This document shows, one piece after another, positions 1-22,319 of a stretch of 64,000 nt of DNA. Source of the stretch: the human T2T-CHM13v2.0 reference genome, Homo sapiens; the NCBI RefSeq assembly GCF_009914755.1, contig NC_060943.1. One strand, given 5' to 3'. Positions within the stretch are counted from its first letter, which is position 1. Each line of letters starts with the position of its first letter. The notes below the pieces were generated by a model that was given only the letters and a program-made list of their open reading frames with translations, was not told the DNA's origin and did no database searches. A program made the position numbers and the translations under genes.

Positions 1-482
1 AAGTTCAAGTGATTCTCCCACCTCAGCCTCCTGAGTAGCTGGGATTACAGGTGCCCACCACCATGCCCAGCTAATGTTTGTATTTTTAGTAGAGATGGGG
101 TTTCACTGTGTTGTCCAGGCTAGTCTCAAACTCCTGACCTCAAATGATCTGGCCGCCTCGGCCTCTCAAAGTGCTGGGATTACAGATGTGAGCTACTGCG
201 TCCAGCCTAAGCCACATTTTTGATGAGTTTGTCCAGAGAAAGTGCGTGAGTGAGGAGGGCTGAGGATGGAGACGTCACATCACCACAGCTACTTACAGGG
301 GAACATAAAGACGGAGAACGACAGGTCCAGGAAGGTGGGAAGTGAAACCAGCAAGGGGGCTGTGCTGAGGTGCAGGGGCAAGACGAGGCCTGGGCAGGGC
401 TGGGGCCGTGGGGATGGTAAGGAGGGTGTAGGAGGGCAGGGCTGTGGCCTGAGGGGTCCTGTGGACAAGGGGAAGTAGGGGA

Positions 483-1498
<1,016 letters not shown>

Positions 1499-1869
1499 GG
1501 CCGAGGATGGTGCCCGGGGGTCTGGTCTGGAGACCTGGGGGGATGTGGGGCCAACCAGAGGTGGGGACCTGGAGGAAGAGAAGCAGGACGGTGGGTGAAC
1601 TGAGCTCGGCGTGGGGTGGATGTGAGGGGTGGGAGGTGGGGAGGGCTATGCCTGGAGGCAGGAAGGTGGGCAAGTGCAGGATCTCGGAGACACACTAGGG
1701 GACAGCGTTTATATGCTCTGGGGAGAAGATGCCGAGGTCAGATTGGGACCTGTTGATTGGGAACATGTCCGGGAGGCGCTTGGAGCCTGAGATTCTGGAC
1801 TGGGCGTTCCAGTGTGGAGCCTGAAGTCCGGGGACAGGGAGGTCACCATGTGTGGAAGGGAAAGCGTTA

Positions 1870-1995
<126 letters not shown>

Positions 1996-2016
1996 CTACT
2001 AAAAATACAAAAATTA

Positions 2017-2232
<216 letters not shown>

Positions 2233-3222
2233 TCACATTTTACAGGACAGGCCAAGGGACTTGGGCCCTCCTGGCTGCTGGGACTCCAGGCAGAAAGAGA
2301 GGAAGGGAGAGGCCCCCAGAAAGAGAGGAAGGGAGAGGCCAGGCGTGAGGGACCAGTGAGAGGAGCACAGAGGCCCCCAGATGGCAGGGGATGGACATGA
2401 ATGAGAAGAGGGTGCCAGGAGGCATCAGAGAGAGGGCTGGGGGCATCAGAGAGGGTGCCGGGGGCATCAGGCCTCCCCCGGGGGAGGGCAGAGGGAGGGG
2501 CCTCACCCAGGGAGAGAAGGTTCCAGTAGTTCTCCAGCATCACGTCTCCAGCAAACTTTCACCACATCACCAGATTTAGTCTGGCCCTGCTGTGGGCTTT
2601 TTTCCAGTGATCATGAGGGACCCAACAGCTGGGCACAGAACTCAGATTTGAGATTGGAAAAGACGGGGACTCTACTAAGGTGGATAGGATGGAGGCTACT
2701 CCCTCCTCCTGTCATTCACTCATTTATCCATTCATTAATTCATCCCACCAACCTTCCCAGGAGTTTCTGGTGAGCCACTGCCCATGTTGGGCAACGCTGG
2801 CGGCACAGAGTCTAGGCCGAGTCCTGACACTGCCCATGAATTTCAGCCCCTCATGCTCCCTGTGGCCCCAGAAGATCCTTCTACACCCAGAGCTTCCCCT
2901 CCCCTTCCTTGCTCACAGCCCTCCCGTGGCTCCCCAGTGGCCCCAGGACAGAGTCTCAGCCCCTCTGATACCATGCAGGACTTGCCCCACTCATCCCTAC
3001 AGCCTCATCTCTCCTCGCATTTGCAGAGACTCCTCTTTTTTGTGCCTCCATTTCCCCATCTGTAGAATGGAATTGTAATACCATCTGTCCGTCACTTCAG
3101 GGCCAAGTGAGAAAGCGCATCCTAAATAATGAAACAGGATTGACGTCTTCTCCTGTTGATGATTAGCATCTGTTTCAACTCTCTGTCTCTCACTCCCGAA
3201 CCTTCTGCACTTTCTCCTTTAG

Positions 3223-3288
3223 GAAAAGACTGTGACCAGCTTCACAAAAGGCAGCAAAGGACTATCAGAGAAAGAGAACTCCGAGTGA
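3223..3288 (+). CDS. SYT3: Last coding exon of synaptotagmin-3 (or a duplicated 3' fragment of it), encoding EKTVTSFTKGSKGLSEKENSE*
   Basis: Polypyrimidine tract and AG acceptor end at 3222. The 69-bp exon 3223-3291 is followed by a GTAAGC donor. The phase-0 translation matches my recollection of the human SYT3 C-terminus. No upstream C2B exon was found in 1-3222. Confidence 0.75.
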   Translation, partial: EKTVTSFTKGSKGLSEKENSE

Positions 3289-3309
3289 GGGGTAAGCAGC
3301 CTGGCCACA

Positions 3310-3415
3310 GGGAAGGGGCTGGGGGTGGAGATGCCTGCATCTGAGGGAGGAGGGGCTGGGGGCCTGGACTCCTGGGTCTGAGGGAGGAGGGGCTGGGCCT
3401 GGGACTCCTGGGTCT
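3310..3415 (+). repeat. MSR1-type ~37-bp minisatellite (about 2-3 copies) in the last intron
   Basis: Repeated ctgagggaggaggggctgggggcctggactcctgggt, the chr19q-enriched MSR1 unit. Confidence 0.8.
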
Positions 3416-3496
3416 CTGGGTGGTGATGGAGCTACAGGAGGTCGTGGTGCAGTTCTCTGCCATTGCTGACCCCTCCTTTCCTGCTCCATCGTGCAG

Positions 3497-3995
3497 GTCT
3501 GGCCTAGGCCCGGGATCGGACCAGGCTCCCTCAGGACCCCATCCTTTCCTGCCCGGACCGTGAATTCATCTCCTTGAAGCCATAACGTCCGAGCTGCTGG
3601 TGCGGGGCAGCCCTGGCCCTAGGCTTCCTACCCCTGGAAGCGAGAGGATGAGAGGAGGCCGGCCCAGCTCCTTCTTTCAGGGTGGGGGGCATTCAGCCTC
3701 CACTGTGTCTGTCTTTTCTTCCCTGGGGCTCCCCCTCGAGGCGAGGGGCCATGCATGTCTGGGGGACCCCTGCCCCCCAAAACCCTCTGTCTGTCTCTGT
3801 CTCTTTGCTGTTTGTCCAAGACTCAGTGTCCCGACCCTTGTTCTCGCCGTGAATGTCAATGGGCCAATCCTCTCTGTCCTTTCAGACACACACACACCTG
3901 TGTCCACCCCTTCTGTTCGCCACACCCTGCGTCTGGCCGGTCCCCCCACTGCTGCTGCTATCAACGCCAGAATAAACACACTCCGTGGGTCTCAC
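3497..3995 (+). other. SYT3: Non-coding terminal (3' UTR) exon of the SYT3-type transcript
   Basis: Acceptor cctcctttcctgctccatcgtgcag ends at 3496. AATAAA at 3971-3976 is followed by GU/U-rich sequence. The end coordinate is approximate. Confidence 0.65.
3971..3976 (+). terminator. Polyadenylation signal AATAAA
   Basis: Canonical hexamer ~475 bp after the last splice acceptor. Confidence 0.65.
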
Positions 3996-4196
3996 TCCAA
4001 CTGGGCCTCCTGTCCTCTCTGAGACTGGGAAACCGGATTGGAACATGCTGGCTCTGCAAGCAGACAAATTTGTGTTTCTTTCAATGACTGGGCAACTTAA
4101 TGATCTCTCTGAGCCTCAGTTTATAAAAATGGTGTTAGTCAGGATCATTGTGAGTACAGAACACAAAATTCAACCCAAAGCCATAAACAGAATTGA

Positions 4197-4465
<269 letters not shown>

Positions 4466-6429
4466 TAGTAGAGACGGGGTTTCACCATGTTGGCAGGCTG
4501 GTCTCGAGCTCCTGACCTCCTGTGATCTGCCCGCCTTGGCCTCCCAAAGCGCTGGGTTTACAGGCATGAGCCACCGCGCCTAGCTATTGGCTTCTCTCTC
4601 AGGTAGGTGTTTGCAGTGGCAATGAGATGGTCACTTGGAGCTCCAGGTGTATAATGCTGTATCTGTTATGATACCTTCGGCTGAAAAAAAAAAAAAACCT
4701 TCCCAACTGAAAGAGAAAGATTTTTTTGCATGTTTGCATATCAAATTTTTCAAAGACAGTCCCAGGGTTGGTTCAGCTGCTCAACAACATTAGGCTCTGG
4801 TTGGCATCTCTGAGACTGGTGTTCGTTCCCCTCCTGAGTACAAACTGTCTATAGCAGCATCATGTTCTCACACACTGGCATCTAAATCAGGCAGTGTAGA
4901 CCGGGGCCTCCCCTTCTGTGTTCCCCTTTTTTCCTCCTCAGAATAATTCTCCTTATTTCTCTCTTGCCAGAACCCGGCTGTGTGGCTACCCCGAGTTGCA
5001 AAGCGGTCTGGGTAGTGAACATCTGTCATTTCCAGTTCCCATGGTGGGGTGCAGCTTTGCCTAGAGGAAGCACGGGGAGGGGAACTATTGTTGGGTAGGA
5101 AATTAACAGGATCTGCTGCCATTGCAAGAAATTAACAGGACTTGTAATTGCCTTCAGAGCAGATAACTTCAGAGGAAACAATGTGAGAATCAGCTGGCTC
5201 CCAGCTGCTGCGTCATTCAGGAACAGGATTCTGATTGGTCCAGCGCAGACCTTGGAGACACCCCGGGCCAATCATTGGGTCCAGTTTGGAGCCTACTCTT
5301 GGGCCCGCCTCCTGCCTTTGCTGACTCCTCCTCCTCCTCCCCTGCCCATCTTGCCCAGGATTGGTCCAAAGCCCCTCTGGACCTCATCCCTTTTTGCTGG
5401 AAGGATGAATTCATCTCCTGGAAGCCATATATGTAGGGGTCCCTTGACTGACAGTTCCAAATGAATCACACGGCAATGGGCAAGGGACAGTCCCTCAAAG
5501 CAGTAGGTGTCCACTACATTCTACCCTCAGCTACTTCACACTAATTCACATCTACATTCCGGGACACAACATTTCAAAAACTCCCACTGCAAAAATTGGT
5601 CCAATCACTGTGTCAGTTTGCTAGGACTGATGTAACAGGTTACAATAACCTAGCTGAAAACAACAGAAATTTATTCTCTCACAGCTCTGGAGGCCAGAAG
5701 TCTGAAGTCAATGTGGTAGTAACCACCAGGCACAGTGGCTCATGCCTGTAAATCCCAGCACTTTGGGAGGCTGAGGCAGGAGGATTGCTCAAGCCCAGGA
5801 GTTTGAGACCAGGTAATATGGTGAGATTCTCTTAAAAAAAAAAAAAAAAAATTGGCCGGGCATGGTGATGTTCACTTGTAGTTCCAGCTACTTTGGAGGT
5901 CGAGGTGGGAGTATTGCTCGAGCTCAGGAGTTCGAGACCAGCCTGGGCAGCATAGCAAGACCCTGTCTCTACAACTAATAGTAGTAATAATAATAATAGT
6001 AAAATTATCCAGGCATGATGGTGCTCACCTGTAGTCCCAGCTACTCTGGTGGCTGAGGCAGGAGGATCACTTGAGCCCAGGAGTTTGAGGCTGCAGTGAG
6101 CTGTGATGGCACTGCTGCCCTGCATCTCAAAAACATGATGCCGTGTGATACAGCCAGATACAAGGGTATATGCTGTAGGATTCCACTTTTGTGAAATTGT
6201 AGAAAGAAAACACTAATATGGGCGGGGCATGGTGGCTCACGCCTGTAATCCTAGCACTTTGGGAGGCTGAGGCAGGCGGATTACTTGAGATCAGGAGTTC
6301 AAAAGCAGCCTGGCACCTGTAATCCCAGCTACCTGGGAGGCTGAGTAGGAGAATCGGGAGGCGGAGGTTGCAGTGGGCCGATCATGCCACTGCACTCCAG
6401 CCTGGGCAACAGAGTGAGACTCCAACTCA

Positions 6430-6441
6430 AAAAAGAAAGAG

Positions 6442-6472
<31 letters not shown>

Positions 6473-6496
6473 AGGAAGGAAGGAGAGAGAGACACA

Positions 6497-6562
<66 letters not shown>
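6430..6562 (+). repeat. (GA)n/(GAAA)n microsatellite grown from an Alu tail
   Basis: About 16 perfect aaga units at 6498-6562, preceded by GA repeats. Confidence 0.95.
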
Positions 6563-6563
<1 letters not shown>

Positions 6564-6649
6564 GGGCCAGAGGCCAGGCACGGTGGCTCACCCTGTAATC
6601 CCAGCACTTTGGGAGGCCGAGGCAGGTGGATCACGAGGTCAGGAGTTCA

Positions 6650-6883
<234 letters not shown>

Positions 6884-7082
6884 CTAATACGCAGGGGCAG
6901 AAAATGGATTAGTGGTTGACTGGGGGCAGTGGCAGTGGTTATGGAGAGACTGATTACTAGTGGACACAGGAAAACTTTCCGGATGATGGAAGTGATCACA
7001 CAACCGAATACATTTGTCAAAATTCATTGCGTTTAAAATTGGTTCATTTAAATTCTTGTACATTGTTGCAAAATACACATAA

Positions 7083-7268
<186 letters not shown>

Positions 7269-7656
7269 TAGCCAATTTTAAGTGTACAGTTGCATTGTTG
7301 TGCAATCATCACCCCTACTCATCTCCACTCTTTCCTCTTGTAGAATTGAAACTGTTCCCATCAAGCAACTCCCACTGCCTTCCCTTCCCAGCCCCTGGGA
7401 AGCACGTTCTACTCTCTGGGAAATTCCCTATGAATTTGACTACTCTAGGTACCTCATGTAAGTGGAATCATACAGCATCTGTCTTTTTGTGATGGGATTG
7501 TTTCACTTAGCATGAATGTCCTCAGGCTTCACCCATGTTGTAGCATGTGTTAGCATTTCCTTCCTTTTTAAGGTTAAATAATTTTCCATTATGGGCCTGG
7601 TGCAGTGGCTCACACCTGTAATCCCAGCACTTTGGGAGGAAGAGGCAGGCGGATCA

Positions 7657-7887
<231 letters not shown>

Positions 7888-8240
7888 TTATGTGTATATA
7901 CCACATTTTGTCGAACCATTTATTTGTTGATGAACAGCTGGGTTGCCTCCTTTACCTTTTGGGTATTGTAAATAATGCTGCTATGAAAGTGGGTTGCAAA
8001 TATCTTTTTGAAATATTGATCCATTTTCTTGTACACAAATTATATTTTGATAAAGTTGGCTAAAACTAATACTCCCACCTAACATAACTATCTCTAGTGC
8101 AACTGCAGAAGCTTTCACCCCTTCTGCAAAGGGAGGGATCCCAAAGCCACATCCAATCCTCAGACCAAGATTTCTGGATATTGGCTATTCCTTTCATCAA
8201 GGGCACATGGAGTCTCTCTTGATCCTGAAAATTAATGTTA

Positions 8241-8519
<279 letters not shown>

Positions 8520-8845
8520 CTAAAAAAAAAATTAATGTTAAATGAAATTGTAGCCCCCTCAGCAACCCACCCCTGTGTATAACAGTGGAGGAAAAACAAG
8601 AAAACAATCACAATTCTCACTTGAAAGGGGAGGGAAGAGAAACAAAATAGTATATGCCATTTGCTAGACTTGCCAAGACTCCTGCACTTTCAAGAGACAA
8701 AAAACCGGCCTTTTAAAAAATTATTGCCAAGCTCGGTGGCTCATGCCTGTAATTCCAGCACTTTGAGAGGCTAAGATTGGAGGATCACTAGAGCCCAGGA
8801 GTTCGAGACCCAGCCTTGGCAACATAGCAAGACTCCATCTCTTTA

Positions 8846-8885
<40 letters not shown>

Positions 8886-9039
8886 TAGCCAAGTGCCATG
8901 GTGTGCACCTGTAGTCCCAGCTACTCAAGAGGCTAAGGTGGGAGGATCGCTTGAGCCCAGGAGGTCAAGGCTGCAGTGAGCCATGGTTGAGCCACTGCAG
9001 TCCAGTCTGGACGACAGAGACCCAGTTTCAAAAAAAAAA

Positions 9040-11950
<2,911 letters not shown>

Positions 11951-12315
11951 ACTCTGGCTTTTTTTGTTTTTGACAAAGGGAATTTGTTGACTTATAGAAC
12001 CGAGCTATATAACTAGCTTCAGGCATAACTGGATCCAGGCACTAAAATGAATCTTTAGCAATACCGCTCATTTCCCATCTGGGCTTTACTTTTCTGTATC
12101 TTGACTTCCCTCTCAGGCAGAATCTCTTCCCTCACGGTGACAAACAGGGCCCACAGCAGCTCGAAGCTTCCATACTATCATTTTAACAACCTAGCTTATC
12201 ATTTTAACAACCTAGCAGAAAAGGGGTACTGCCTTCCTGAATGGTGATACCAAAGTCTCAAGGTTAGCTCTCATTGGCCCAACTTGGGTCACATGTCCAT
12301 TTCTATAGTAACCAT

Positions 12316-13200
<885 letters not shown>

Positions 13201-13329
13201 ACATCATAACCAAGGTCATGAAGTACTCAGGTTGGCCAGGTCTGACTCTTGTTCTCACTCTGAGATCCCTGGCAAGATCCAGTCAAAAAATGTATATTTT
13301 GCATGGAGAGGAGTGATAGGAAAATCAGA

Positions 13330-17830
<4,501 letters not shown>

Positions 17831-18823
17831 ATTAATGAAGAAGAAAATCAGAGATAACAGATGTCACTCAGGCAAAAATATCAGGTGTCCATTATAAGGA
17901 TCCAAGTTGCCCCTAGGTATTCACTCTAATAACAGTTTGCAACTTGGGGTATGCAGTATAGAAGGGATAAAGAGGCTGGCGCAGTGGTTCACGCCTGTAA
18001 GCCCAGCAGTCTGGAAAGCGGAGGCGGGCGGATCACCTGAGGTCAGGAGTTGAAGACCAGCCTGGCCAAAATGGGGAAACCTCGTCTCTATTAAAAATAC
18101 ACAAAATTGCCAGACATGGTGGCACGCGCCTGTAATCCCAGCTACTGGGTCGCTGAGGCAAAGGAATTGCTTGAACCTGGGAGGCGGGGGTTGCAGTGAG
18201 CCAAAATTGCGCCACTGCACTCCAGCCTGGGCAACAGAGTAAGACTCCACCTCAAAATAAAAATAAATAAATAAATAAATAATTAAATTTAAAAAAAGGC
18301 CAGGTAGCGGTGGCTCACACCTGTAATCCCACCACTTTGGGAGGCTGAGGCGGGCAGATCACAAGGTCAGGAGATAGAGACCATCCTAACACAGTGAAAC
18401 CCTTTCTCTACTAAAAATACAAAGAATTAGCTAGGCGTGGTGGCACGTGCCTGTAGTCCCAGCTACTCGGGAGGCTGAGGCAGATGAATCACTTGAACCC
18501 GGAAGGCAGAGGTTGCAGTCAGCCAAGATCGCACCACTGCCCTTGAGCCTCAGCGACGGAGCAAGACTCCATCTCAAAAAGAAGCCAAAAATACAAAAAT
18601 TAGCCAAGTGTGGTAGTGTGCGCCTGTAACCTCAGGGTGAGAGAGGAGACTCTCTTCAACCCAGAAGGCAGAGGTTACAGTGAGACGAGATCATAAGACT
18701 GCACTCCACCCTAGGCAACAGAGCAAGACTCCATCTCAAAAGATATATTGCAGTAATTTAAAAACAATTCTATTGGAAACGCAATTTCTTCCTGTCGAGA
18801 CCTCCCTTTATGACGGAACAATG

Positions 18824-18921
18824 AAAAAACAATTTTTTTCAATTTTGTCCAGGTTAGCTTCAAACACATAGCATCGCCAGCTTGTGCGCCAGGACAACCT
18901 GACGGAGCCACCGAAGCTGGT
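18824..18921 (-). ncRNA. Diverged snaR-related Pol III gene or pseudogene (~98 nt; probable CAS-type element)
   Basis: Minus strand reads CCAGCTTCGGTGGCTCCGTCAGGTTG...GTTTGAAGCTAACCTGGACAAAATTGAAAAAAATTGTTTTTT. It has an A-box-like motif, a degenerate B-box, an A-tract and a T6 terminator. Both flanks are homologous to the snaR-A flanks. Confidence 0.7.
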
Positions 18922-18968
18922 GGGAAAGTGCTCTCAATTTTTCCATTTGACCTTCTGGGGAGCGATGT

Positions 18969-19054
18969 AGCCAATCACGAGAGGCTCACCCCTGACATCA
19001 CCCAGTCCCCAGGGACAGAGAGGGCCCTGCGTTCCATGGCGCCCCCTGGAGGGA
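18969..19054 (-). promoter_or_regulatory. Upstream cassette of the snaR-like gene: CCAAT box (18971), TGACATCA and CTCF-like motif (19037-19054)
   Basis: agccaatcac; cctgacatcac; tggcgccccctggaggga (reverse complement TCCCTCCAGGGGGCGCCA). Confidence 0.6.
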
Positions 19055-19302
19055 GGAAGGGGAACTGTATCTGAGAGTTCAGTATCTGACAATAAGGAAA
19101 AGGCATAGTAGATCAGATGGTGCCTACTGTTCTGGAGAGAAGAAACAACGGGGTTGGGGAATGCGGAGTTGCAGTTTATAATACAGGCCTCATGTATAAG
19201 GCAGACCTCATGGGGAAGGTAACATCTGTGCAGAGAAATGGAGATGAGGGCTAGGAGCCATGCAAATACTGGAACATGCTTGCCAGCAGAAGTCGAGAAA
19301 CA

Positions 19303-19641
<339 letters not shown>

Positions 19642-20327
19642 TTACCGAAGCCTCAGTGCACAGCCACAGCAGAGGGACACACACCTGTATCTTTTCTAAG
19701 ACTGGGAGAATTTTACAATTGCTTGACTAATTGAACAGTGCCTCGAGGATGTTACACTAGGTTATAAATAAATTCCTGCCGTGTTTAGCTGAGGCACGAA
19801 CACAATGCCCACTGACAATTCCACTTTCCTCGAGGGCCATTCTTTATGAAAGGCTGTAGGAGTTCCACGACATTGTTGATTCCTGGATTCTCCAAGTCTC
19901 TAGAACTTGAGAACTACTTTTGTGTATTTTTTTAACCTTTAAGTTCAGAGTTTCTAATGTCCGTTTTATACTACTATAAAATGGTACTATGTATTCTTTA
20001 TTGATGGTACTATTTACACTTTATTTTATACAGACTCTGGCTCCACAAAAAGGTTAAAAATTAGCCAGGTGCAGTGGTGCACATCTGCGGCCGCAGCTAC
20101 TCAGGAGGCTGAGGCAGAAGGATTGCTTGAGCTCGGATGGTCAGGGCTGCAATGAGCTATGATCACACATCACATCAATGCACTCCAGCCTGGGCAACGG
20201 AGTGAGACCCTGTCTCTAAAAGAATAGAAGAGGCTGGGCGCGGTGGCTCACGCCTGTCATCCTACCACTTTGGGAGACCAAGGCGAGTGGATCATTTGAG
20301 GCCAGGTGTTCAAGACCAGCCTGGTCA

Positions 20328-20570
<243 letters not shown>

Positions 20571-20599
20571 TTATGTTTTGTCGTTATATTGGGAACGAT

Positions 20600-20720
20600 A
20601 AAAAAAATCCTTTTTTCCGACCCATGTGGACCAGGCTGGCCTCGAACTCGTGCCCTGGAACCCCCGCCTCCGTGAGGGCCCGACGGCAGGCGCAACCGGC
20701 CTGAGCCACAATGGCTCCGG
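20600..20720 (-). ncRNA. SNAR-A: snaR-A small NF90-associated RNA, copy 1 (G37 variant)
   Basis: Reverse complement is CCGGAGCCATTGTGGCTCAGGCCGGTTGCGCCTGCCGTCGGGCCCTCACGGAGGCGGGGGTTCCAGGGCACGAGTTCGAGGCCAGCCTGGTCCACATGGGTCGGAAAAAAGGATTTTTTTT. A box at 20696-20708, B box GTTCGAGGC at 20639-20647, T8 terminator. Confidence 0.95.
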
Positions 20721-20767
20721 GTGTCGGGGCTGTCCTTTAGTCCCTTTGATCTTACGCAGGGTGAGGG

Positions 20768-20853
20768 AGCCAATCACCAGAGGCTCCCCCCTGTCGTCAC
20801 CCAGTCCCCAGGGCCAGTGAGGGCCCTGCGTTCCATGGCGCCCCCTGGAGGGA
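20768..20853 (-). promoter_or_regulatory. snaR upstream cassette: NF-Y CCAAT box (20770), CGTCA half-CRE, CTCF-like motif (20836-20853); repeated before all 11 genes
   Basis: agccaatcac at about -50; gtcgtcac; TCCCTCCAGGGGGCGCCA on the minus strand at about -116 to -133. Confidence 0.65.
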
Positions 20854-21794
20854 GGAAGGGGAACTGTATCTGAGAGTTCAGTATCTGACAATAAGGAAAA
20901 GGCATAGTAGATCAGATGGTGCCTAGTGTTCTGGGGAGAAGAAACAACGGGGTTGGGGAATGCGGAGTTGCAGTTTATAATACAGGCCTCATGTATAAGG
21001 CAGACCTCATGGGGAAGGTAACATCTGTGCAGAGAAATGGAGATGAGGGCTAGGAGCCATGCAAATACTGGAACATGCTTGCCAGCAGAAGTCGAGAAAC
21101 ATGGCCGGCGCAGTGGCCCACACCTGTAATCCCAGGACTTTGGGAGGCCGAGGCAGGTAGATCACGAGGTCAGCAGTTCGAGACCAGCCCGGCCAACATG
21201 GTGAAACCCTGTCTCTACTAAAAATACAAAAATTAGCTGGGTGTGGTGGCACACGCCTGTAATCCCAGCCACTTGGGAGGGTGAGGTAGGAGAATCGCTT
21301 GAACCTGGGAGGTAGAGGTTGCAGTGATGCAGTGAGCCGAGACCACGCCATTGTACTCTCGCCTGGGCGACAGAGCGAGACTCCATCTGAAAAAAAAAAA
21401 AAAAAAAAAAAAAAAGCAAAAACAAACAGGTGAGATTCATTTTGATAAAATAGCTGATTTAACCTAATATACCTAAAACATCATAATTTTAACATAATCA
21501 ATAGAAACATTTTTGCAAGATTTTATGTTATTTTTTACCATACGACGTCTTGGAAATCTTGGTTTGGACCAGCCATGTTCAACTGCTCAGTAGCCATGTG
21601 TGGCCAGAGGCGGCCGTATTGGACAGTGCAGATGGTGCATGAGGGTGTTCGGGCAGTGGGAACAGCCAGTACAGAGGCCCTGTGGGGGCACATGCCTGCT
21701 GCTACGGGAACAGTGAGGAGCCCCGTGTGGCTGCAGTGGAGTGAGAGGGAGAAGGTGGGAGATGTAACCAACAGTCTCATCATTCATTCATTAA

Positions 21795-22115
<321 letters not shown>

Positions 22116-22319
22116 TAGTTGAATAAAGAAGACACCGGAGTTTGTTCTGTATCTTCTCCTTTCAAATTCTGTGCCATTTGAATTTTTTCCTATTCCTTTT
22201 ATATATTTTTAATTGACAAATTGTACATATTTATCATGTACATATTGTTTTGAAATATGTATATACCGTAGAATGGCTAAATCAAGATCATTAACATATG
22301 TATTACTTTACCTATTTTC

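Noticed and set aside
2408-2470. Three degenerate ~21-bp repeats (gagggtgccgggggcatcaga)
   Set aside because: Ordinary small tandem repeat with no functional cue.
3156-3344. Alternative open frame through the 69-bp exon (GKDCDQLHKRQQRT...)
   Set aside because: The phase-0 frame gives the recognisable SYT3 C-terminus; this frame matches nothing I recognise.
12176-12216. Direct duplication tatcattttaacaacctagc x2
   Set aside because: Simple slippage duplication within old repeat-derived sequence.
19888-19913. Imperfect inverted repeat ttctccaagtctctagaacttgagaa in each unit
   Set aside because: Short and AT-rich; expected by chance, with no covariation among copies.
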